From positions 1-44,527 of the forward strand of contig CAYHKQ010000006.1 in the NCBI GenBank assembly GCA_964357255.1: DNA of 44,527 nt, read 5' to 3'. This document shows, one piece after another, positions 37,056 to 44,527 of this stretch; position 1 is the first letter of the stretch, and the number at the start of each line of letters is the position of its first letter. The translations under genes were made by a program, and so were the position numbers. The notes below the pieces were generated by a model that was given only the letters and a program-made list of their open reading frames with translations, was not told the DNA's origin and searched no databases. Origin of the DNA: an uncultured Elusimicrobia bacterium (lineage in GTDB: Bacteria; Elusimicrobiota; Elusimicrobia; JACQPE01).

Positions 37056-38762
37056 TCAGAGCTGGAAAATGAAAATCGCGGGACCCACGGCCCATCTTGA
37101 ATCGGGCGTTACGGCGTTGAGGAGTTTGGCGTCCCGGCGCAGTTGTTCGTAAAAAGAGACCAGAGCGGCGTTTTTTACAAATTTAGCGTTTTCTTCGTCG
37201 GAACGGTTGGTGATGACGTATTGAATCCCTGACTGGCGCAAATAATCCAATCCTTGATCGTAGGGCACGAGATTTTGCATTTGCTGGGCCTCTTTAGCCA
37301 TATGCACAAGGGCGCCGACCATTATGGGCGGAATTCCAATGGTGTAGAGTTCGTAGCCGTGGCCGGTCCCGGGGTGGGCTTCGATCTGGAGTTTGAGGTA
37401 TTGCTCCTTATAGCTTTTGATCTCAATGGCCTTTTGATGAAGAGATTTCAGTTGTTTATATGTTTGTAGCAGGGGCGGGGAATAGGGGTAGTTGCCCATG
37501 AGGATTTTGGAACCGGCCGGAATATGGACTTCGATCCATTCTTTGGCCACGGTCCGGGAATCTTTGAGGCTCAAGCCATAATCCAGTAGAAGCGATTTGG
37601 CCAGGCATCCGGCGGCGAGCGCCCCGGCCAGCCCCAGGACCAAGCGGCGGATTGTTTGATTCGAAACGGCCACGTTTTCCAAAAAGCCGCCGGCCAGTAT
37701 TAAAAAGATTGGGAATATCGGCAACATATAGCCCCAGACCATAGGCGTTGGCAACGTGATGGCTGTGTAAACGGCGATGGGAAGAAGCCATAACGCCAGG
37801 TGTTTGGTGCGTTCTCGCCGGTGCCACGCGATGGCCCCCAGACAAAAGGGTCCCAGCCATGGCGCGCCGTTGCGTGGGACGCCGGCGATTTCGATCCAGG
37901 AGCGAAAGACCAGGAAATAATCCTTCCATACGATATGCTCCGATGCGGTTTTCCAGGGGGAGCGGATGTTCCGAACATCATTCCAGAATGCGGGCCAGTC
38001 CAGCAACGCATAAGGGCTTCCCATAAAAAAGACCAGAGGAATCATGGCCGCGGCCGGCCAGAGTTTCCGCGAGAGAAAAAAAGATTTCCAAGAACCCCGG
38101 CCCTCTTTGTTGAGCCAGAGCCAATGGGCCGTCGGTCCGATGAGGAGCATGGGGGCCGCGTAATATTTTATCGTGCAGGCGAGGCCCAGGCTAAGGCCGC
38201 AGATTAAATAGTGTTTGAGCCGACCGCCTTCGGTAATTTCAAGGCCGGCCCAGAGAGCCAAAAGGCAAAAGAAAGCGGCCGCCGTATCACCTTTAATGAC
38301 GTGGCTGATCGCTACAAAATGCGGCAGAACCGCGGCAAAAAGCGCGGACCAGAGGCCGGCCCGCCGGCCGAAGAAACGCTTGGCCACGCGGTACGTTAGG
38401 AAAACGAGGGCCAGGCTCCAGAGGGTCTCCATAATTCTGGCTAGCAGATAAAGCCGGGAGGGATCGCGCACGAAGCTGACGGCAAAATCATGGGAACTGT
38501 GATACCAGCCCAGAGCGCGGCCCGCTATGTAATGCAGGCCGCAAACAACAAGCGTGAAATAAAGATAAAGGGTCGGGTATTCAAAAAAATGAGGATTGAG
38601 ATCGCCGCTACCCATGCGCAGGGCGTAATTGAGGACTTTGTATTCCTCGGTCCAATAGCGATAGGGAAGGCCGAACCCGATGCCCCAGAGGCGCAGTCCC
38701 AGCGCCAGGAGCATAATGGAGCCTAGGATGATTCGGTCGTGATTGCGTTGAGTTTTTTCCAC
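37056..38762 (-). CDS. GT-C membrane glycosyltransferase (ArnT/PMT-like)
   Basis: LRLWGI.FGLP...TEE, LNPHFFEYP.LY, KYY, multi-TM. Confidence 0.87.
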   Translation of the reverse strand: MEKTQRNHDRIILGSIMLLALGLRLWGIGFGLPYRYWTEEYKVLNYALRMGSGDLNPHFFEYPTLYLYFTLVVCGLHYIAGRALGWYHSSHDFAVSFVRDPSRLYLLARIMETLWSLALVFLTYRVAKRFFGRRAGLWSALFAAVLPHFVAISHVIKGDTAAAFFCLLALWAGLEITEGGRLKHYLICGLSLGLACTIKYYAAPMLLIGPTAHWLWLNKEGRGSWKSFFLSRKLWPAAAMIPLVFFMGSPYALLDWPAFWNDVRNIRSPWKTASEHIVWKDYFLVFRSWIEIAGVPRNGAPWLGPFCLGAIAWHRRERTKHLALWLLPIAVYTAITLPTPMVWGYMLPIFPIFLILAGGFLENVAVSNQTIRRLVLGLAGALAAGCLAKSLLLDYGLSLKDSRTVAKEWIEVHIPAGSKILMGNYPYSPPLLQTYKQLKSLHQKAIEIKSYKEQYLKLQIEAHPGTGHGYELYTIGIPPIMVGALVHMAKEAQQMQNLVPYDQGLDYLRQSGIQYVITNRSDEENAKFVKNAALVSFYEQLRRDAKLLNAVTPDSRWAVGPAIFIFQL

Positions 38763-38765
38763 GGT

Positions 38766-40064
38766 TTAACTTCTGTAGACGATTCGTCCACGGTGAATGG
38801 TGGCCAGGACGCGGCCGTAGAGTTTTTGGCCGAGGAAGGGGGAGTTTTGGGATTTGGAGGCGAAGGAGCTGAAAATGACCGTGGCGTTTGGATCAAAAAT
38901 TATAAGGTCGGCCGGCTCCCCTGGTTCGATTTTGGGGGCGGGGCGGCCGAGGATGCGGGCTGGGCCCACCGTCAATAATCGGATGGCCTGATGCAATGGG
39001 ACGGAGCCGGTTTTGACAAGATAGGTGATCGTGGCCGGCAACAGGGTTTCCAGGCCGACGAGGCCAAAAGGCGCTTTTTTCATTCCTTGGGATTTTTCGC
39101 GGTTCGTGTGAGGGGCGTGGTCCGAGGCAATAGCGTCAATGGCGCCGTCAGCCAGGCCTTCGCGCACGGCCTGGACGTCTTCGGCAGTTCGAAGAGGCGG
39201 GTTGACCTTGGCGAGCGGCCCCCAATTGATTACGGCTTCATCCGTCAGGGCGAAGTGATGGGGGCAGGCCTCGGCGCTGAGCCGGTCCGCCATGCCTTGA
39301 GTTTTAGCCTGGCGGATGAGATTCACGGCCTCTTTGGTTGAGATGTGGCAGAGATGGAGGCGTCCGCGGCTGGTCTTGAGAACTTTTAAGTCACGCCGGA
39401 CCGCCGCGATTTCTGATTCCCTGGGAATGCCAGGGAGTTTTAGACGCCGGGAGGTTTTGCCTTCGTTGATAACCCCGTTTGCCGAAAGTTTCAGGTCTTC
39501 CGCATGGTCCATGACCAGGCTGTCGGCTTTCCGGGTTTCCTCAAGCGCTTGCTTTAAGAGTCTTTCGTTGGCCACCGGTGAGCCGTCATCGCTGAATGCC
39601 GCGGCGTCAAGCTTGGCTAGCCGTTGAATATTGGTCAGGGTTTTGCCGCGCCGGCCTTGGGTAACAGCGGCGATGAATTCAATTTTTACAAGGGACTCCT
39701 GCTCCCCGGCTTTTTCCTGAACCAAGGCCAAAGTTTTTTCGTTGTCAACGGCGGGATTCGTATTGGGCATGGCGAAGAGGCGGCCGACGCCGCCCCGGAT
39801 CGCGGCCAGGGCGCCGGTTGCGATGGTTTCCTTGCGCTCTTGGCCCGGCTCTCGCAAATGGACATGCAGGTCCCAAAGGGCAGGCGCTAGAATGGCGCCA
39901 TGCGCGTCCAAGACCTGGGTGCCTGGTAGCGCGATGCTGGGTTTGAGCCATCGCCGGTCGATCCGGGCGATTTTTTCGCCTTCAATGAGGACGTCGGCTT
40001 CATATTCTTGGTCTGTGGCCGGGTCCAGGACTCTAGCATTGATGATTTGAAGCATTCTTCTCAT
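38766..40064 (-). CDS. pyrC: Dihydroorotase (type I)
   Basis: DLHVHLREPG, MPNTNP, FSDDG, HAED, HLCHIS, KVNPPLR, SDHAPH. Confidence 0.95.
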   Translation of the reverse strand: MRRMLQIINARVLDPATDQEYEADVLIEGEKIARIDRRWLKPSIALPGTQVLDAHGAILAPALWDLHVHLREPGQERKETIATGALAAIRGGVGRLFAMPNTNPAVDNEKTLALVQEKAGEQESLVKIEFIAAVTQGRRGKTLTNIQRLAKLDAAAFSDDGSPVANERLLKQALEETRKADSLVMDHAEDLKLSANGVINEGKTSRRLKLPGIPRESEIAAVRRDLKVLKTSRGRLHLCHISTKEAVNLIRQAKTQGMADRLSAEACPHHFALTDEAVINWGPLAKVNPPLRTAEDVQAVREGLADGAIDAIASDHAPHTNREKSQGMKKAPFGLVGLETLLPATITYLVKTGSVPLHQAIRLLTVGPARILGRPAPKIEPGEPADLIIFDPNATVIFSSFASKSQNSPFLGQKLYGRVLATIHRGRIVYRS

Positions 40065-40065
40065 T

Positions 40066-41016
40066 TCACATTTCTCGATTTAGGTTTTTTTCAAGAAGCG
40101 CGGCCACGGCGCCGAAAACGCCCACATCGCGGCCAAGCCGGGCGGGGACGATGGGAATTTTAGAAGCGTTCGGATTGATCGAGTATTTTGGCGTCAGGCG
40201 GCGCAGGGCTCTAAAAAGAGGGGGTCCCCAATTTGTGACTCCTCCTCCTAAAACAATAATTTCAGGGTCTAAGAGATTAACGATATTGCCGAGCCAGAGC
40301 CCAAGATATTCGTAGGTTTCTTGGACCAGACGCAGGGCGTCCCGCGCGCCCGTTTGTGACATTTTAAACAAGGCGGCGGCGTCGAGTCTTGAGCCCCGCC
40401 TTAGCCTTGCGGCCCGGCGCGCGATGGATGTGCCGGAGGCGTAGGCCTCGATGCAACCCCTATGCCCACAGCCGCAAATTTCGCCTGTATGGTTGATGCT
40501 GAGGTGTCCGCCTTCGAGGGCGAGGCCCGTATGCCCCCGGAAGAGCCGGCGGTTGATGACGAGCCCCGTGCCGATGCCCGTGCTGATAGTGGCAAAGAAA
40601 ATCAGTTTTTTATTTCGGCCTGCGCCCCACCAGGCCTCAGCCAGAGCCGCGGCGTTAGCGTCGTTGGCCAGGACCACGGGCACGCGAAAGCGGCGTTTGA
40701 GATGGGGGCCAAGGGGCAGGTTTTCCCATCCGGGCAAGTTAGGGGCTTTAATCAATAAACCTTTTTGTTCGTTGATAGGGCCGGGAGCCGCCACGCCGAT
40801 ACCTTGGATTTTATCGTTCGCCGATTTTAAAAGAATTGTAATGAGACGTTCCGTCTGAGCCAGGGCTGTTTTGCGGTCTAAGCGGAGAGTCTTTTCTTCG
40901 ATGACTTTAAGCCGTTTAATCCGGCTCAGGGACGCCCGCGTGGTTCGCATTAGGCCGGCCCTGACCTTGGTTCCGCCGATATCAAGGCCGATATAAAGCC
41001 TGGAGTTCACGGTCAT
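40066..41016 (-). CDS. ROK family sugar kinase (glucokinase-like)
   Basis: DIGGTK, NDANAAALAE, TGIG.G, EGGH, CGCGHRGCIE. Confidence 0.93.
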   Translation of the reverse strand: MTVNSRLYIGLDIGGTKVRAGLMRTTRASLSRIKRLKVIEEKTLRLDRKTALAQTERLITILLKSANDKIQGIGVAAPGPINEQKGLLIKAPNLPGWENLPLGPHLKRRFRVPVVLANDANAAALAEAWWGAGRNKKLIFFATISTGIGTGLVINRRLFRGHTGLALEGGHLSINHTGEICGCGHRGCIEAYASGTSIARRAARLRRGSRLDAAALFKMSQTGARDALRLVQETYEYLGLWLGNIVNLLDPEIIVLGGGVTNWGPPLFRALRRLTPKYSINPNASKIPIVPARLGRDVGVFGAVAALLEKNLNREM

Positions 41017-41071
41017 ATTGTAGCCAAAAGGCGTGGCCGATCGTTTCTTGAGCGAAAACAGAGCAGGCTTT

Positions 41072-41106
41072 TTAGGCGGCGTAATAAATTTATTTACGCC
41101 GCCTAA
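41072..41106. repeat. Perfect 13-bp inverted repeat
   Basis: TTAGGCGGCGTAA, 9-nt loop, TTACGCCGCCTAA; overlaps the stop codon of the 41103-42023 gene. Confidence 0.8.
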
Positions 41107-42023
41107 GGGTCGCCAATGACCAGCGCGCTCGCTTCTTTGTAGCTCAGGGGTCCGGACGAATTCCAGATTGAAAGGGTTTTGCCAATCCGTTCTGCCTCGG
41201 TCTCGACCCCGATGGGATTAGTAATGCCACGCCGAATTGCCAGATCAACGAGAAAGCTTTGTTGCGCCTGAAGGGTATGACCAAATTCATGGGCGAGCTG
41301 TGGGTTAACCCAAGACTTACTCTGAATAAAAGCGCTGGAAAAAACAAAATTAGAGGAGCCTTCAAAAATTTTACTCGCATGGCCCAGTGGTCCGCCTCGC
41401 ACCAAGGTTCTCAGGCGTGGGCCCGCTCCCACTAAGTGCGCCTCAGCCGGAGGATCACCGATGGGCACGAACTGCCAGAGGGGGTCCACCGCCACGTTTG
41501 TCGCATTGAGCGCCATAGCCACGGCGTTCCAAGCCGCATTGAGCCCCGCCTTCAGGGGCCAAGTGAAAGCATCGAGAATATCGCCGCGCCAGGGCGCCGT
41601 TATTCCGCTCCAAATTCCTTCAATGACGTTGGAAACAAGGGAGAGGGAACCAAAAAAAAGCGTTTTGAATAAATTTAGCGGCATATTAAGAAATCGCCCT
41701 AAGCTGAACAGAATTTTTTCCCCGGCGCCTGGGCTGGATTTTGCAACCGGCGCTTGGACGCTTGGTTTGGCTAAAGCCGCCGATGAAGCAACCACGGACA
41801 ATCCGGCGGCTCCGGCGCGATACTTCGGCACAGACAATACTGCCTTGCTACCAATGGATGGCTGACTTGAATTTGATTGTTGTGCGTCAAAAATAACGCC
41901 TAATTCTTGATGCGTCTTAACCCGAGGGAGGCTTTCATTGGCATTCCCTTTCTGATCAGTTTCCAAAACCAGGCCCGCCTGCGCCGGAATGGCTAAGCAG
42001 ATGAGCAAGAAAAGATAATTCAA
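41103..42023 (-). CDS. Secreted/membrane hypothetical protein with an HExxH zincin motif
   Basis: Signal peptide (..IPAQA), AAAGGA SD before TTG, amphipathic middle region, LAHEFGHTLQ...ETEAER. Confidence 0.7.
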   Translation of the reverse strand: MNYLFLLICLAIPAQAGLVLETDQKGNANESLPRVKTHQELGVIFDAQQSNSSQPSIGSKAVLSVPKYRAGAAGLSVVASSAALAKPSVQAPVAKSSPGAGEKILFSLGRFLNMPLNLFKTLFFGSLSLVSNVIEGIWSGITAPWRGDILDAFTWPLKAGLNAAWNAVAMALNATNVAVDPLWQFVPIGDPPAEAHLVGAGPRLRTLVRGGPLGHASKIFEGSSNFVFSSAFIQSKSWVNPQLAHEFGHTLQAQQSFLVDLAIRRGITNPIGVETEAERIGKTLSIWNSSGPLSYKEASALVIGDP

Positions 42024-42133
42024 TTCAGGTCCTTTCCGTTGCGAGCCTCGGGCGACGTCTCGCCCCCCTGGGAATCCCTTCGTCCCTTCGTTCCGCGAAG
42101 TGAAACAATCTCACAGAGGTATTCCCTTTCTAG

Positions 42134-42142
42134 ATTATAACA
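42134..42142 (-). promoter_or_regulatory. Extended -10 promoter TGtTATAAT
   Basis: Perfect consensus about 110 nt upstream of the HExxH gene. Confidence 0.6.
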
Positions 42143-42195
42143 ACACAAATACACCGGCGCCGTCGCGCCTCCCCTCGCGCCCGGGGCGCTCGGTG
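42141..42195 (-). terminator. Possible intrinsic terminator of the subtilisin gene
   Basis: GC stem CACCG(A)GCGCC...GGCGCCGGTG followed by TATTTGTGTTG on the minus strand; large loop and imperfect U-tract. Confidence 0.3.
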
Positions 42196-42244
42196 GGTCC
42201 CAAATAGTTTGTTCGCTATCCGTTTGAGCTTGTCGTTTCCTCTT

Positions 42245-43468
42245 TTATGGAGTTAAAACAAGCTTTTGAGCGTTGACCATCCCGCTTCCTTGCTGGTCTG
42301 TCGTCAGGCCGGGCAAGGGGTCGGCATTGGTCTTGAGCGCGTCGGCCACGGCCGCCGGCGTTAACGCCGGATTCATGGCCAGTTTTAAGGCTACGGCGCC
42401 GCTCACATGCGGCGTCGCCATCGAGGTTCCCGAGAGCGTCGCATAATTTCCGCCCTTGTACGTGGAAAACACGCTTTTACCCGGAGCGATCACATCCACT
42501 TCCGGCCCTTGACTTGAGAAGCCGGCGAATTGATCGGTGGAATCGCCGGCTGAAACCGCGATAACTTCGCCATAACGAGCCGGGTAGCCCACGCAATTAT
42601 TGCACGGGCCGGAATTTCCAGCGGCCGCCACAAGGGTCAAGCCCGCATTGTAAGCCGCGATAACGGCATCGTGAAGCGACTGGCTGTCCGAGGAGGAGCC
42701 CAGGCTCATATTTCCCGCCTTGCCTCCGTTTTTAACGCACCAGTCAATTCCTTCGATGATGTCCGAGATCCATCCTGAGCCGTTGCGGCCCAGAACTTTG
42801 ACTGCCAGAAGATTCACTTTCGGCGCCACGCCAACCACGCCAATCGTGTTATTGACGGATGCAATGGTTCCGGCCACATGCGTGCCGTGCCCATTGTCAT
42901 CATTGGCGGATTTAGCGGGGTTGATCGCGTTGTAACCGCCCTTGATATTTTCTTGGAGATCAGGGTGGGAAAGGTCAATGCCTGTATCAATGACGCAAAC
43001 ATTGACGCCGATACCCTGGCTTGCGGCCCACGCGTCCGGCGCTTTAACCCGCGTGATGCCCCAGGGGGTCGTTTGAGCCGGCTGGCTCGGCGCAGGAGAG
43101 CCGCTGGATTTGCCCTTTGCGTCCGTTTCATTGTAATCCGCGTCTTTGACCACCATGGCTTCGACAATCAGGTCGTCTTCCACGCGCACGACTCCGGGCG
43201 CGGCCTGCATGGCGCGCGCGTCATTGTCATTGGCAAAGCTCGCCGCTGTGGCATTGATCGAGCCAAGATGTTTGTTCACCTTTCCGCCACGGCTTTCCAC
43301 GGCGTTTTTTTTGGTTCCCTCGTCCGTGCCGGCTTGAAACACCACAATTTTGCGGTTTTTCGCCTCGTCACGGTTGATATTGTCGTCATCTTTCGGTTCG
43401 GCAAAGGCCACGGCGCTTACCAGGCCCAAGCCGATCATGATTGCTGTTTTTTTCATTAGTTCCTCCAT
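42245..43468 (-). CDS. Subtilisin-like S8 serine peptidase with signal peptide and I9 propeptide
   Basis: Catalytic triad motifs IDTGID, HGTHVAG and GTSMATPH; oxyanion AAGN. Confidence 0.96.
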   Translation of the reverse strand: MEELMKKTAIMIGLGLVSAVAFAEPKDDDNINRDEAKNRKIVVFQAGTDEGTKKNAVESRGGKVNKHLGSINATAASFANDNDARAMQAAPGVVRVEDDLIVEAMVVKDADYNETDAKGKSSGSPAPSQPAQTTPWGITRVKAPDAWAASQGIGVNVCVIDTGIDLSHPDLQENIKGGYNAINPAKSANDDNGHGTHVAGTIASVNNTIGVVGVAPKVNLLAVKVLGRNGSGWISDIIEGIDWCVKNGGKAGNMSLGSSSDSQSLHDAVIAAYNAGLTLVAAAGNSGPCNNCVGYPARYGEVIAVSAGDSTDQFAGFSSQGPEVDVIAPGKSVFSTYKGGNYATLSGTSMATPHVSGAVALKLAMNPALTPAAVADALKTNADPLPGLTTDQQGSGMVNAQKLVLTP

Positions 43469-43504
43469 TTTAGATTGATTCCTCCCTAGAAAATCGGTTT
43501 ATAT

Positions 43505-44374
43505 TCATTGTCCAGAGACTGTCGAATGCGCGAAGAGTTCCTTGGGAACCTGGTTCCAGTCCGGGGGACCCGGGTTTCTGAAGAAAACCCAGGTGAAACT
43601 GCGGGCCGCGCGGCAGAGGTCAAGGTTTAACTTGCGCTTGGCCTCCTTGTGATGCTCGGGCTCGGAATTGACAATAGCGGCGTATTCCACCTCGACATAC
43701 AGTTGCACTCCCTTGGCATTGAGGGGAATCCTGGGGGCAATGTATTGAAATTCGTGGAAAGAGCCTTCGGGGTAAGTAATATCGTCATCTACCCCAGGGT
43801 AGCCGAATTCGCGTGCAACATAAAGATCAGCAAGCAGAATTTCTTTCTTGAAAGAGCCGTCCGCTTGCTCCGTTAGACCTTGCAATTGGATCTCGTAGGT
43901 TCGCTGGATTTTTTTGGCTTCCTCAAAGCACCAGAGGGGTTTGTCTTCGTTGTAAACAAATCTTGGGTCCTCTGTCTGCGGATACCTTGATGAGTTGTCT
44001 CCTACAGGTTTCATACTAACTTGAATTGTGCCATCGCTAAGCGAATGGATATCATTTTGGTCGGCGTAATTGCCTATTTTGTTTTTGTAATCCTCTTTAA
44101 TTCTTGGATCGTATTTGATATTCGAAGCCATTGTCCAGCAACCCTCGTCATCGGATATGTAGTGTGCGCCTAAGGGATGTGTAAAGATCATAAAAAAAGG
44201 CAGTTGAGGATTTTGGCAGGGATAAAAATTTTGCTTTTTTTTAACCGGAGCAGGGACTTGAGAGGTCTCCACGGATTTAGCCTTGCCTAGAACCGTGGCC
44301 TGGGGTTTTTTATTACAGGAGGCGGCCATGAACCCCGAGAAAGCGAAAGCCAGGAGCTTATTTGTTAATTTCAT
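43505..44374 (-). CDS. Hypothetical lipoprotein
   Basis: 289-aa ORF; basic N-terminus, hydrophobic stretch and lipobox-like MAASC; no family recognised. Confidence 0.7.
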   Translation of the reverse strand: MKLTNKLLAFAFSGFMAASCNKKPQATVLGKAKSVETSQVPAPVKKKQNFYPCQNPQLPFFMIFTHPLGAHYISDDEGCWTMASNIKYDPRIKEDYKNKIGNYADQNDIHSLSDGTIQVSMKPVGDNSSRYPQTEDPRFVYNEDKPLWCFEEAKKIQRTYEIQLQGLTEQADGSFKKEILLADLYVAREFGYPGVDDDITYPEGSFHEFQYIAPRIPLNAKGVQLYVEVEYAAIVNSEPEHHKEAKRKLNLDLCRAARSFTWVFFRNPGPPDWNQVPKELFAHSTVSGQ

Positions 44375-44525
44375 TTTTTTCTTTGATCAGCCCTTGATTT
44401 TTTAATCGTTGATAGGTTGCGCAATAAATCTTGGCGTGGATCGTCCGGATTTCCACTGCGCCTGTTATTTTATTTTTAACTGGAATGGTCGCGATGGGTT
44501 GGCGATTATTGAAGAGGAGGTAATC
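44358..44525 (-). CDS. Probable 3' end of an upstream gene, truncated by the window edge
   Basis: Stop-free frame (DYLLFNNRQPIATIPVKN...GLIKEKNEINK*) running from the edge and overlapping the lipoprotein start by 17 nt. Confidence 0.45.
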   Translation of the reverse strand, partial: DYLLFNNRQPIATIPVKNKITGAVEIRTIHAKIYCATYQRLKNQGLIKEKNEINK

Positions 44526-44527
44526 CA

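Noticed and set aside
4947-38762. Glycan locus as a tRNA-integrated genomic island
   Set aside because: No integrase, and I saw no duplicated tRNA 3' end (att site) in the window.
1-44527. CRISPR arrays, rRNA, prophage or defence genes
   Set aside because: No spaced direct repeats or recognisable motifs of these classes were seen.

Overview
Bacterial chromosomal window, probably from a diderm (AsmA, GT9, lipoprotein). The left end is housekeeping: asmA-like, dnaX, recR and tRNA-Pro(UGG). About 34 kb (5.0-38.8 kb) is a cell-surface glycan locus. It holds four polyprenyl-phosphate GT2 enzymes, four GT-C (ArnT/PMT-like) transferases, three GT4, one GT9, one CgeB-like GT, a Wzx flippase, three SAM methyltransferases and three nucleotide-sugar modules. 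The right end has pyrC, a ROK kinase, a secreted HExxH protein, a subtilisin and a lipoprotein. The top finding is a coupled minus-strand operon (10197-19957) that would usually be annotated as GDP-heptose synthesis. Its full set of enzyme families instead matches the lincomycin GDP-octose pathway (LmbR/N/P/K/O/M/L/Z), with an SDR reductase where the LmbS aminotransferase would be. This suggests an undescribed 8-carbon (deoxy)octose surface sugar, which is an inference and untested. Also seen: a 139-bp MITE with perfect 30-bp TIRs and a TTA duplication, a GT2 gene abutting the tRNA 3' end, recurrent leaderless-type promoters and a structured 5' leader. All product calls are by motif recognition only; no database searches were run.
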